DNA from: Squalus acanthias
Taxonomy: Eukaryota
Direction of reading: 5' to 3'
Length of the DNA: 64,000 bases
Assembly (NCBI GenBank): GCA_030390025.1
Contig: CM059438.1
Span: forward strand, 60,762,001 to 60,826,000
Below the pieces are notes generated by a model. That model was not told the origin of the DNA and did no database searches. It worked only from the letters and a program-made list of their open reading frames with translations. Below are positions 38,217-50,479 of this stretch, in pieces (the stretch's first letter is position 1; every line of letters begins with the position of its first letter). The position numbers and the translations under genes are program-made.

Positions 38217-38625
38217 GTAGCAGACTTCAGGAAGACATAGACAGACTGGTGAAATGGGCAGACACATGACAGATGACAGAAGCAATTTAATGCGGGTAAG
38301 TGTGAAGTGATGCACTTTGGGAGTAACAACATGGAGATGCAGTATAATCTACATGGTGCTATTTTGAGGGGGCTGCAAGAGCAGAGGGATCTGGGGGTGC
38401 ATATTCACAAATCCTTGAGGGTAGCAGGGCAAGTTTATAAGGCGGTTAAGAAAGCGTAAGGGGTACGTGGGTTTGTAAATGTGGCATTGAATACAAAAGC
38501 AAGGAAGTTCTGCTAAACCTTTACAAACCATTGGTTAGGCCTCAGCTGGAGTATTGTGTACAATTCTAGGCATCAAACTTTAGGAAGGATGTCAAGGTCC
38601 TGGAGAGGGTACAAAGGAGGTTTAG

Positions 38626-39330
38626 AAAGACTTGCATTTATATAGCGCATTTCACGACCACCGGACATCTCAAAGTGCTTTACAGTCAATGAAGTACTTT
38701 TTGAAGCATAGTCACTGTTATAATGTGGGAAACGCGGCAGCCAATTTGCACACAGCAAGCTCCCACAAACAGCAATGTGAAAATGACCAGATATCTGTTT
38801 TTGTTATGTTGGTTGAGGGAGAAATGTTGGCCAGGACACCAGGGATAACTCCCCTACTCTTCTTTCGAAATAGTGCCGTGGGATCTTTCACGTCCACCTG
38901 AGAGAGGAGGAATTTCTTCACCCAGAGAGTGGTGAACCTGTGGAATTCTTTACCACACAAGGCAGTTGAGGCCAATTCATTAAATATATTCAAGAAGGAG
39001 ATAGATATATTTCTTAAGGCTAAAGGGATCAAGGGATATGGGGAGAAAGCAGGGACAGGGTACTGAATTTGGATGATCAGCCATGATCTCATTAAATGGC
39101 GGAGCAGGCTCGAGGGACCAAATGGCCTACTCCTGCTCCTATCTTCTATGCTTCTAAGCAGACGGGGCCTCGGTTTAACGTCGCATCCAAAAGACGGCAC
39201 CTCCGACAGTGCAGCACTCCCTCAGTACTGCACTGGAGTGTCAGCCTAGCTTTATGTGCTCAAGTCTCTGGAGTGGGACTTGAACCCACAACCTTCTGAT
39301 TCAGAGGCAAGTGTGCTACCCACTGAGACA
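38626..39330 (-). mobile_element. SacSINE1-like SINE interrupted by a + strand CR1 3' fragment (~38903-39157), itself inside an old CR1
   Basis: Reverse complement of the 7081-7515 SINE; the CR1 tail CTATCTTCTATG lies inside it. Confidence 0.8.
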
Positions 39331-40189
39331 CAAGCTGACAGTTTATCAGGATGATACAATGGATGAGGGACTTCAGTTATGTAGAGTGATTGGAGAAGCT
39401 GGGATTGTTCTCCTTAGTGCAGGGAAGGTTAAGGGGCGACCAAATAGGGAGCTTGTTGTGCCCAAATTGGAGCAGCCAGTATTCCTACATTACAACAGTG
39501 GCTACACTTTTAAAATACTTCGTTGGCTGCAAAGTGCTTTGGGACATTGTGAAAGGCGCTATATAAATGCAGGTCTTGCTTTCTTTCTTTCTTACTCCAC
39601 CCAGAATTCTAGTGCCGATTTAATGCCCGTTGGTTTGGACATTAAACCAATTGGAATATCGAGGCTTCTGTCTGAATGCCCCTTCATGAGGAATGCTCGT
39701 GCAGCTAAAATCACCAACGCAAGAGAGAAGTTTAGTGCTTTTGAAGTTGAAGTGGATTATTGGGGGTAATTATTCCTTGTTCATGTTATCAGCCTGCTCG
39801 TTTTGCATATTGGAATTCACTCTTCACCCACCCCCACCCCCGCCACTGCCGCTCCCCAAGCTCCCACGTTCATGGGCAAGACTGTCTGCCGGTACAGTAA
39901 ACTAGGAAAATCGGCCCTATTATGTCGCTTCTCTTAGGCAGAGAAGATTATGTACCATTAAAGAAAGACTCCCTGGACCCACCCAGCCTATTGCTCAAAA
40001 GTCCATCCAGGAAACATACTGTGAAATATTAAGCTGATAAATATTTTTCAACATGGCCACAGTTGTGAGGATGTGATAACCATTTTTTTTATAATCATTA
40101 GGTTCGTTCATACTCGAAAATAACAATTAGTCTTAGTGGTTTTCTTCCTTTTCCTATTTTTCTGAGTCCTGCTTCCCTCACTATTATAA

Positions 40190-40370
40190 AAGCAAAATAC
40201 TGCGGTTGCTGGAAATCTGAAATAAAAGCAGAAAATGCTGGAAATACTCAGCAGGTCAGGCTGAGAACGGTTCTGACAAAGGGTCATCGACCTGAAACAT
40301 TAACTCTGTTTCTCTCTCTACAGATGCTGCCTGACCTGCTGAGTATTTCCAGCTTTTTCTGTTTTTAGTC
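40190..40370. mobile_element. Palindromic short element with central hammerhead-ribozyme-like relic
   Basis: ~38-bp inverted arms; centre GGTT CTGACAA AGGGTC ATC GACCT GAAAC ATT AACT. Confidence 0.6.
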
Positions 40371-42317
40371 CCTCACTATTATGTTAGACATTCACTTTTA
40401 ATGTATGTGCAAATTGTAATTGGCTGTCATTTCTCAGTTCTCTCCTTCAGCCTCTTTCTGTTGCATGTTTTGGTGTTTTGAATCTTGATTGCTGAGGTTG
40501 TAATATTCTGTCTGACAGAAATGGTCTATTACAGTCTGTGTCACTGCGCTGAAAGACAGGAAGGAAGAGCTTTGAACTCAGAGCCTGCCCTGTAATTAAG
40601 CTCAAGAATCCTGGTGCCATAATCAACATTTTTCAGCCAATCCCACCACCACTTATTTTTTTCAATTTTGGAGTATAATTATTTAATCAAAAACAGAGAA
40701 ACCAGTTCATTATTGGATGAGGGACCAAATTAAACTAACATTCTGTTAACTCCTCATGTGCAACCTAAGGGACTTCCAAAGATCTCTGGCACGGCCCATC
40801 CGGTGTGGTAAACTTGAGGGTCCCAGAAGAACATCATTTGAGGTCTTTTTGAAGGAAAGTGTGAACCGCAGCGACTCTCCCTGAAGATGGGCGAACACAC
40901 ATTTTCTTGTGGCATCAAGTGGGCCCATAAGCTCAGAGTTCGTACGGGAGGAGGGCCAGGAAATCTCACCTGAGCTAAGCAGATTGCATTGAAAGGGAGG
41001 ACCATGCTTGGGAGATTAGTGCTTAGGTGCAGTTCAATTAAAAACCTAACCGACATTGTTGGTTCTGTGGTGATACAGATCAGCCATGATCTAATTAAAT
41101 GGCGCAAGAGCCTCGAGGAGCTGAATGGCCTACACCTGTTCTTATGTTTCTTCCGATGGTGCTGAATGCACATTATCCAATACGTTGCTGTCTTCCCCTG
41201 AGGTGCAGAACATCTCAACAGCATCTCTCCCATTACGGGAATCTTCCCAATTAAATTAAATCTCTGTAATCTATCTCCCCATCACCAGTTGAAGAATATG
41301 GCCATACAACTTGATGCTGAAGAACTGGGACAAGTTTGAGGCAATGCGTCTAAGATTCTTAATGTCACAGAGCCATAATCAGTGATTCTTCAGTCAAGGG
41401 ATATTCAGATCATTATCTTTATTTTGCTGTAGACATAAATGTTGGTATTTAAGATTTTTTTAAAATCCTAAGGGCAAACAAACAGCTCATTCTTACACAG
41501 TAAGATAGACACTATAAAATTAACTCAACACCCTTTTTTCTTCTGATTTTCTTCCCTTCTTCCTTCTCTCCTGAAGGCAATGACAACCCCTTTATCTCAT
41601 CCAAGTGACCATTTTTCATGTGTGAGCTTGGCCAACGAGTGTCAGCAGGCTATTTGACTGTAAGAAGCATCACATCCAAGCTCGATCCTTTCCTCTCCAA
41701 ATACTCGTGTGTGATTGGTATGGCCAATCAAACTGGGTAACCAGCGGGAGAAGGTACTCAGGGTAATTTTCTCTCCGAGCCCAGGGAGACTGAAACCAAT
41801 TGTATTGCCCCTCCTGCTGTCCAAGCTGAAATCAGCAAACTCAGTACAAGACAGGGATTGACCCCAAAACCTTCCTGATCTGCATGGTTCAGTTCCATAT
41901 CAGGCTTTCCATTTATGCTTCAGTTGTATAGAGCCTTGGTCAGATCCCACCTGGAGTACTGTGTTCAGTTCTGGGCACCGCCCCTCAGGAAGGATATATT
42001 GGCCTTGGAGGGGGCGCAGCGCAGATTCACCAGAATGATACCAGGGCTTAGAGGGTTAAATTATGAGGACATGTTGCATAGACTTGGCTTGTATTCCCTT
42101 GAGTAGAGGAGATTGAGGGGTGATCTCATCGAGGTGTTTTAAATATTAAAAGATATTGATAAGGTAGATAGAAACTATTTTCTCCAGTAGGAAAATCAAG
42201 AACAAGGGAACATAATCTTAAAATAAGAGCTAGGCCATTTCGGGAGGAAATCAGGAAGCAGTTTTCACATAAAGGGTAGTATAAATCTAGCACTCTTTCC
42301 CCCAAAAGGTTGTAGAT

Positions 42318-44035
42318 TAGGATTCCCAACCCTCCCAGAATGACCGGGAGTTTCCCGGAACCGGGGGTTCATATCCTGCGCACTGCCTCCAGCATCCCAA
42401 GAGATCAGCAATTTAAATTTCCCGCCACAGTGCGCCCAGATGAACAGTCATTTGTGTGAGGTACCGTAAATCATGAGTTTTTTTTAATTCGCTTATGGGA
42501 TCTGGGCGTCGCTGGCAAGGCCAGCATTTATTGCCCATCCCTAGTTGCCCTTGAGAAGGTGGTGGTGAGCCACCTTCTTGAACCGCTGCAGTCCGTGTGG
42601 TGAAGGTACTCCCACAGTGCTGTTAGGTAGGGAGTTCCAGGATTTTGACCCAGCGACGATGAAGGAACGGCGATATATTTCTAAGTCAGGATGGTGTGTT
42701 ACTTGGAGTGGAACTTGGAGGTGGTGGTGTTCCCATGCGCCTGCTGCCCTTGTCCTTCTAGGTGGAACAGGTTGCGGGTTTGGTAGGTGCTGCCGAAGAA
42801 GCCTTAGCAAGTTGCTGCAGTGCATCTTGTAAATGGTACACACTGCAGCCATGGTACGCCGGTGGTGGAGGGAGTGAATGTTTAAGGTGGTGGACGGGGT
42901 GCCAATCAAACGGGCTGCTTTATCCTGGATGGTGTCGAGCTTCTTGAGTGTTGTTGGAGCTGCCCTCATCCAGGCAAGTGGAGAGTATTCCATCACACTC
43001 CTTACTTGTGCCTTTTAGATGGTGGAAAGGCTTTGGGGAGTCAGGAGGTGAGACACTCGCCACAGAATACCTAGCCTCTGACCTGCTCTTGTTGCCACAG
43101 TATTTATGTGGCTGGTCCAGTTAAGTTTCTGGTGAATGGTGACCCCCAGAATGTTGATGGTGGGAGATTCGGCGATGGTAATGCCGTTGAATGTCAAGGG
43201 GAGGTGGTTAGACTCTCGCTTGTTGGAGATAGTCATTGCCTGGCACTTGTGTGGCGCGAATGTTACCTGCCACTTATCAGCCCAAGCCTGAACGTCGTCC
43301 AGGTCTTGTTGCAGATCTTGAGTAACTGTTAGCCTGGCGTCGGGAGTCAGACCAAGGTTAAACCGCATTCACTTTAAACAGCGTCATTTTGTGCCTTTTC
43401 CACGGAGCTCGTCATTGGTTACTGCTTCGAGCCGCCACCCGCAGAGTGTCGCGACCGGCCCGGTAGGTAGTTGGGAGTCCAGAGGTGGGGGTGGGTGCCC
43501 TGAAATCGGCGGGGGCGGGGAGGGCTCTGAAATCCGAGGGGCTTGAGATTGCGGGGTGGGGAGGAGGATAGTGAGACTGGGGGAGGGGATGGATGTGGGG
43601 CCCAGCATTTCCCGAAGAGCTGAAAGCAGCAGCAGCAGCAGGAACAAGGCGAGTGGGAGTGGCATTGAGAGAGGAGCTGCCGGTAAAGGGGTATGTGAAA
43701 CCTCGGGACCTTACTGTGGGTAAATAGTGAAAGATTATTTCCAATGGTGGGTAAATGGTGAACGAGGGAATGGGAACCAAGGATTTTCACTGGAAGAAAC
43801 AGGTGGGAAGGGAAGCGGAAGGTTCTTAAACTGAGGGTTGTTAGATTGTGGGATCCTTCACCACATGTGGCTATTGAGGTAGAGACTAAATCTTCAATTC
43901 AAAGGGAATGGGATAAATATTTGATCATGTAATCAGATGTCACATGATTAAGCATCACATGGTCAGATGCCATGTGTTCAGAATGTCATGTGATCAAACC
44001 TCCAGGAATGCCTCCCACCAGAGTTGGCAACCCGA
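42318..44035. mobile_element. Non-autonomous hAT-type element containing a LINE insertion (42478-43313)
   Basis: Degenerate TIRs TAGGATTCCCAAC / GTTGGCAACCCGA; 8-bp TSD TTGTAGAT / TTGTGGAT splitting a CR1 3' end. Confidence 0.75.
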
Positions 44036-44749
44036 TTGTGGATGCTAGGACAGTTGGAGCTTTCAAGATTGAGATAGATAGATTTTTATTAGGTAAGGGT
44101 ATCATGGAATATGGAGCGAAGTTGGGAAAATGGAGTTGACGTGCAGATCAGCCATGATCTAACTGAATAGTTGAACAGAGTTGAGGGGCTGAATGGCCTA
44201 CTCCTATTCCTAATGTTCTTATTCACTGAGCCATTGTGAAGAAGTGCTAATTTTCCATTCCCTCCTGAAGGCACTGATTCTTGCTGGGTATAGTTCCATG
44301 GGTAATAGCAGTCCTTTATCCAAGTGGCCATTCTTCATCTTTGAGCCCAGATACTGAATGTCAGCAGGCTATTTGAGCATGAGGTTGAACCCAGTCCTGT
44401 CCTCACCCAAAAGCCACACCTGCACACTTTCCAGTAGGAGCCACTGGACAGTCACAAGGATTGTTGGCTAATTTTTTCCTCCTCTCAATCCCAATTTACA
44501 GAGCACTCCAAATCCTGTCCTGTTTGAGATCAGGTAACTCAGTACAGATCAGGAGTGAGACCTGAAGCTTTCCTGGACTACGGCTTGTCACCACACTATG
44601 TGGTGCATTTATCCACTAAGTCATCGGAGATGTTCCTGGAAAGACGGCTATTAATCTGAGGCTGGTTTTCACACCATAAGTATTTTGCTGTGGTTGAAGA
44701 TTAGGAATGACTAAATTATGTATCATTTACTCCTCCTCCTTTTATCAGC

Positions 44750-44866
44750 CATGATGCGGAGATGCCGGTGTTGGACTGGGGGGAACAAAAATGAGAAGTC
44801 GCACAACACCAGGTTATAGTCCAACAGTTTTATTTGAAATTACGAGCTTTCGGAGCGCTGCTCCTT
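44750..44866 (-). mobile_element. Penelope pseudo-LTR micro-insertion
   Basis: Matches 11491-11567; 11-bp TSD CTTTTATCAGC (44739-44749 / 44867-44877). Confidence 0.85.
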
Positions 44867-44939
44867 CTTTTATCAGCGGGAGAGGATGGAGACTCAGAGA
44901 ACTCAAACCTTCTTGCTCGACATGATATGCTTTAAAAAA

Positions 44940-45345
44940 AATTATTCTCAGGATGTGGGCGTCACAGGCAAGGCTGGCACTAATTGCCCATTCCTAATTG
45001 CCCTGAGAAGGTGGTGGTGGGCCGCCTTCTTGAACTTCTGGTAGCAGTTTGAAGCTGAGTGGCTTGCTGGGCCACTTCAGAAGGCAGTTTAAGTGTTAAC
45101 CACATTGGTGTGAGGGCTGGAGTTACATTTCGGCCAGATGGCAGATTTCCTTCCAGTAAAGGACATTAGTGAATCAGTTGGGTTTTTACGACCACCCGAT
45201 ACCAGACTTTTACCGATGCTACTTTTTTATTGACAGATTTTTAATTTTTTTAACTCAATTCGAATTCTTAATCTTCCTATGATAGGATTTGAACCCACAT
45301 TCTCTGGATTAGTCCAGTAACATAACCACTGCGCTACCGTACCCT
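44940..45345 (-). mobile_element. tRNA-derived SINE sharing its 3' tail with the 26167/42478 LINE family
   Basis: Minus-strand head GGGTACGGTAGCGCAGTGG..GGGTTCAAATCC; tail matches GATGTGGGCGTC..GCCCTGAGAAGGTGGTGGTG. Confidence 0.65.
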
Positions 45346-46014
45346 GCTTTTCAAGGAACAACATTGGAGCTGAAATGGTCCTGATATCTGAACCAAAACT
45401 AGTTGGGCAGCGTGGAACATGACAAACCAGTCCAAAGGGGGACAGTTGATGAATTGTTAATCCAGTCTGAGGTATTGAAGAAACATTTCTTATTGATTCT
45501 CTTCCAAATAACAGTCAATTCGTCATGCAGCTGAGAAACATGGTAAGTTGGTCAAAGATAAAATGAATGTGTGTACCCAAGAGACCATGGAACAGTGTTG
45601 TCCAACACGTTAGCCAAGATTATTAGCCCGATGTGGTTAATTGGGAATCCAGAAGTGGCTAATTGCATTTATGATTAGTAAATGAAAAAATTTAGCAGAC
45701 ACCATCGTTGAGCATGTGATCTCAATACTCATATTTGCACGGTGTATGTGTGTATACTTGAACCTTTTGGTGCGTTTGTTGGTAAAATGGAGAGATGAAA
45801 AGCAGAGTGTGTGAGTGTTGTTTGATTGCTGCAAGTACTTTACTTCCTTGGTCACTGCTTATTGGTTATCTGCTCAAATGGTGTGCAACATGGGTGAAAA
45901 CGCTGGACTTCAGCACCATGGAGACACCAGCAACATTGTCTGGAGAGGGGAGCTGTCACCGTGGTCAGCTCGTCCAATTGGAATAACCACTCCAGGCCAG
46001 CAAAAGAAAGAAAG

Positions 46015-46260
46015 CCCCATTAACCGGTCCAGGCAACATGCGGTCGAGTGGACCGTTTGGCCCGACTGCCTCACTGTCTTCCACGGCTATGTCCGCACAC
46101 AGGTGTCCCTGGAGAGGGAGCACGCAGCATCCGCCAGTACGCTTGAGGCCTTCCACGGGACTGGAGTGCGTAGTTGACATGGCCAATAAGTTTTTAATGT
46201 TTTATTTACTGATCAATTTGGACTTTTTTATTTGTGCCCCTTTAAAAAGGAACCACAGTT
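46015..46260 (+). mobile_element. Tx1/L1-like LINE C-terminal fragment
   Basis: INRSRQHAV..DCL..FHGYVR..VSLEREHA resembles recalled Tx1-type ORF2 C-termini, followed by an AT-rich 3'UTR. Confidence 0.5.
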
Positions 46261-46636
46261 CATTCGGATTTGATTGGTGACACAGTCACCCCCTATGGAC
46301 CAATCAAAAGACCAAGAAAGAAAGCCCAACCAATAACGAGCAGCTCCAACAGGACACATAACATTAAAGGATAAGTAGCACCCAACTGCATTCTGGATGG
46401 AGAGCAGGGCCAGGTCTGGTGCGTCTTGTTGTGCGAGTCAACATTCTCAACAATCACTCTGAAGTCAAACTACCGCTTGCAACTGTTTAGACCTGGAAGC
46501 TGCACTAAGCTGTGCTGTGTCTGACTAATCCATGCTAGAATTCTAAACTTTGGTGAAAGATAAAGGAGGTGAAATTCAACTTCAGTGGGGGCGAAAAACA
46601 GGGGGTAGTGAATCAGTCGCCCGTTATACACTGCGC

Positions 46637-46763
46637 CAATGTTCCCTTTAAGCTGCGTGGCCGCACAGCGCTCTGTACCTCCCGCGCAGCAGGTTCACCA
46701 GCTTTTCAATGGGGAAAACCCTTAAAGGGGCCGCACACCCCCCAAAAATTAAAGGCAACATTG
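46637..46763. mobile_element. hAT-type MITE (same family as 20432)
   Basis: TIRs CAATGTTCCCTTTAA / TTAAAGGCAACATTG; TSD CACTGCGC / CACTGCGT. Confidence 0.85.
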
Positions 46764-48449
46764 CACTGCGTCCGATTTTCCTTTCCATTTTCTTCAATAA
46801 TTGGGCATAGTGTATCACGCAGAAGTGGACAATTATTTGGGTTGGAGGGCCACCTAACTAGTTTTGGGGAGCTGTTGAGGGCCGCACACATAAAATGAAT
46901 TGTGTTAACAACAGCTACCATTAAAATTTGTTATGGCATTTATTGTATAAAGAACCCTTGATGTTGTTTCCACACTTCATAAAAATAACAACACTTATTA
47001 ACATGCTAATGAACATGATACAAGTTTACCCAAAACTTATCTTAGCCATTGATATTATTATGCCATAACTAAAACTGTAAAACTGGTTACTGGACAACTG
47101 CTGTAGAATTTACATGTGACTCCAGTCCCATATGATATTGACTTTTAATGTCCTCACCTGCGACTAGGAATGGGCAATAAATGTTTTCTTACCAGTGTTG
47201 CCCACATCCGAAGAACAAATTAAAAAAAAAATGTTTTTTCGATTGTCAAATTCAAAAGTCAGGACGTAACATTTTGGACCCTGTATTCACCCAGAAGGCA
47301 TAAAAGTGACACTTGGGATTATCACAGACTTCAGACACTAGACACAAGTATTTGATTTAAAAAAGTGTAATTTACATGTCAATGCAAAAAATCAGGCATG
47401 AAATGCAGATTCCTACACTATTTATTTATTAGATTACGGCAACTTATAGACAAGGGTTTTGATTGACTAGGAGCCCAAAAGATAAATGCAGAGTGTTCCT
47501 GAACATGTCACTGGTTTGCCTTGGGGATGACTCTGCAATTCGACTCTCCCCGTTTGATTGTGGAATCAACCCTTAGAACAGCTGCTGTGATGTGAGGAAC
47601 TCAGCAAAAAGGGAACTTGGGAAGGGGAAGAGAGAAAAGATCTTACTTAACTTGTGCCAAAATTAAACTATAATTGAATCAGATTAAATAGACTCTGCAA
47701 CGATTAATTCGTAATGGGTGCATGATACATAAAAATGATTTACTAAGAAAATCACAAATTATATCAAGCCCAGCATCTTAGGTACAAATGACACATTGAC
47801 TCGACTTTCAAGTCAGTGTATCCTGATAAAGCCCATCTTTTATTGTGTTTCATTACAGATGCAATTGAGAATAGCATCCTCTCAACCTCTCAAAATTGAG
47901 TTTTACATAACAACTCAGTACATGAATCAACTGCTCAGGTAAGTAATACTGCAGCCTAACACTCAGCTTAAGTCAGGACGGTGTGCAAACCCATACAGGT
48001 AATAATGTGCAACCAAATGTGCAAAATGTTGCCATGTTTGTCCATGATTCAAGAACTAGAACAGGAACCCAAGGCAATCTACTTGACTCGCCTCGTGAAT
48101 CCAGAAATGCCTAAATCTTGGAACTTTTTTGGAAAAAAATTCGCTAATTTGCGCACGCACGAAAAATATGCGCAAATCAGCATTTTTTTTCAAAGAAAAT
48201 TGCGATGTTTAGGACCCCAGTTTGAGAACCACTGTGCGGGTTGGATAAAATCCATTGGCTAGCCGGATACAGCCCCCGGGCTGTATTTTGCCGACCTCTG
48301 GTAATAACAGGTGACTGATTTTTACTGCCTGTTTTGTGCCACTGCCAAAGTTGAATTCACGCCCAAAGCCTGCAAAGTTTCGCACTGAATGTTAGATGGT
48401 TGTTAAGTAAATATACCTGTGAAGCACATTTACCTATATTGTATTAGTG

Positions 48450-49590
48450 CCAGCTGTGGCTCAGTGTGTAGCACACTTGACTTTGAGTCAAATGATTGTG
48501 GATTCAAGTCCCACTCCAGAGACTTGATCACAAAAATCTAGGCTGACACTCCAGTGCAGTACTGAGACAGTGCTGCACTGTGCAGTGTTGAGGGAGTGCT
48601 GCACTGTCGGAGGTGCTGTCTTTGGCTGAGCCGTTAAACATAGAAACATAGAAGATAGGAGCAGGAGTAGGCCATTCAGCCCCTCGAGCCTGTTCCACCA
48701 TTTAATGAGATCATGGCTGATCATCCAAATTCAGTACCCTGTCCCTGCTTTCTCCCCATATCCCTTGATCCCTTTAGCCTTAAGAAATATATCTAACTCC
48801 TTCTTGAATATATTTAATGAATTGGCCTCAACTGCCTTGTGTGGTAGAGAATTCCACAGGTTCACCACTCTCAGGGTGAAGAAATTGCTCCTCATCTCAG
48901 TCCTAAATGGCTAACCCCTTATCCTTAGACTGTGACCCCTGGTTCTGGACTGCCCCGCCATCGGGAACATCCTAGTCTGCCCTCTCAGCTGGACGTAAAA
49001 GATCCCACAGTACTATTTCGAAGAAGAGCAGGGGAGTTGTACCCGGTGTCTTGGCCAATATTTATCCCTCAATCAACATAACTAAAAAACAGATTATCTG
49101 GTCATTATCACATTGCTGCTTGCGGGAGCTTGCTGCGCGTAAATTGGCTGCCGCGTTTCCTGCATTACAACTCTTTTATTCAAAAACAGTAATACCTGTA
49201 CAACTCATCAATTACATAGTAAATCCATTACATAGTAAATCCATTACATTCATCCATCACAGTAAAAAATAAAGCCTTAAAAACAGCCTTAGTTAACATA
49301 AATGCAATGATTACTGTTACAAATAATCAATAATGTTTACAGTACAAATACCCTTAAATACACACAAGTTTTTAGATTTAAAATAATAAATCTCAAAGTT
49401 GACTCCACATAAAACAAAACCCATTTCAACACCAGTGTACAAACACATAGCACCATCATAATCCAATTAAATGCTACAAATAACATTTATTTCCTGCATT
49501 ACAACAGTGACCGAACTTCAAAAAGTGCTTCATTGGCTGCAAAGCGTTTTTAGGTCGTGAAAGGCGCTATATAAATGCAAGTCTTTCTCG
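48450..49590 (+). mobile_element. SacSINE1-like SINE with two nested insertions (CR1 tail ~48637-48971; 318-bp insert 49172-49489)
   Basis: A/B-box head, Deu-like core and L2 tail GGCGCTATATAAATGCAAGTC are collinear once the inserts are removed. Confidence 0.8.
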
Positions 49591-49699
49591 GGCAATACAA
49601 TTTGCTGAGAAAGCCTTAATTCTACCAGTTTTCACCGATAGCTCTGTCACTTTTGCTTGTCTTTGCTGTTCACCTCCCTCCGGCCCCCTGTTTGCAGTA

Positions 49700-50280
49700 T
49701 AGTGGCTGCTGACAGGCAGTCAGTGCGTGAGAGGCGCTGAGCGCTCCAGGTGGCGGTGTGAGTGCCGCGCATGCTCCTCCGCCCTCCCCCTCCCCCTCCC
49801 CTACGCGGTAAAGGGAGGGCGGGGCGTCTTTGCGGCAGTGCGTGTCGGCGGGGTTTCAGTTGACGGCAGCAGGTGATCGGTCAGACGGCGGCCGCCTAAT
49901 TGATTAGAGTTGGAGGCCGGCCGGTTTATTTGCCGCCATGTCGCTGTTCGGGACTGAGGATGACGACATGGATTTCCTGTCACCGAGCGGCGGGTGAGTG
50001 AGGTCCGGGCTTGGGCTGTCCTGTCACTGAGGCGGCGGCAGGCAGCAGCAGGGCCTCAGTGCAGTCCCCCCCACCTCCCTGGGTCCTGGTCCAGCCTCAC
50101 TCGGTTACCGCTCCATTCTCCGCCAGTCCGTCTGGCTGTTTGCCGGCGGAGGGCCTGACTCTGGCCGGGTTGCAGACCCCCTCAGGTGCTGCCTCTCCTC
50201 TGGGACCCAGACCTGGCCTGTGAGTGTTGGCAGGCTGGGTTACTGCTGGGAGACATCGCACCGCAGCGCAAAATTGGGGT
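49700..50280 (+). promoter_or_regulatory. CpG-island promoter of FKBP15
   Basis: CpG-rich; GC boxes (CTCCGCCC, GGGCGGGG), NRF1-like GCCGCGCATGC, Kozak GCCGCCATG. Confidence 0.85.
49938..49993 (+). CDS. FKBP15: FKBP prolyl isomerase family member 15, coding exon 1 (MSLFGTEDDDMDFLSPSGG)
   Basis: Matches the recalled vertebrate FKBP15 N-terminus (MFGAGDEDDTDFLSPSGG). Strong Kozak and phase-2 donor GG|GTGAGT. Exon 2 not found in the window. Confidence 0.88.
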
Positions 50281-50479
50281 GTATTTTCCCAAAGGAAGGG
50301 CGGGGATCACTGGCTGATGATTGAACTATTTTTGACAGCGCAGATTATTCAAAAATGTGGGGAAAGCACCAGCCTTCTGGATCATATGTGACCTGTTGCT
50401 CTCAAGTTGCAGACTTCTCAGCAGCTAAGGGAGTTGGAGATTTTCTGTTTGGGCTGAGCAGTGAGTGGGTTTTATATGG

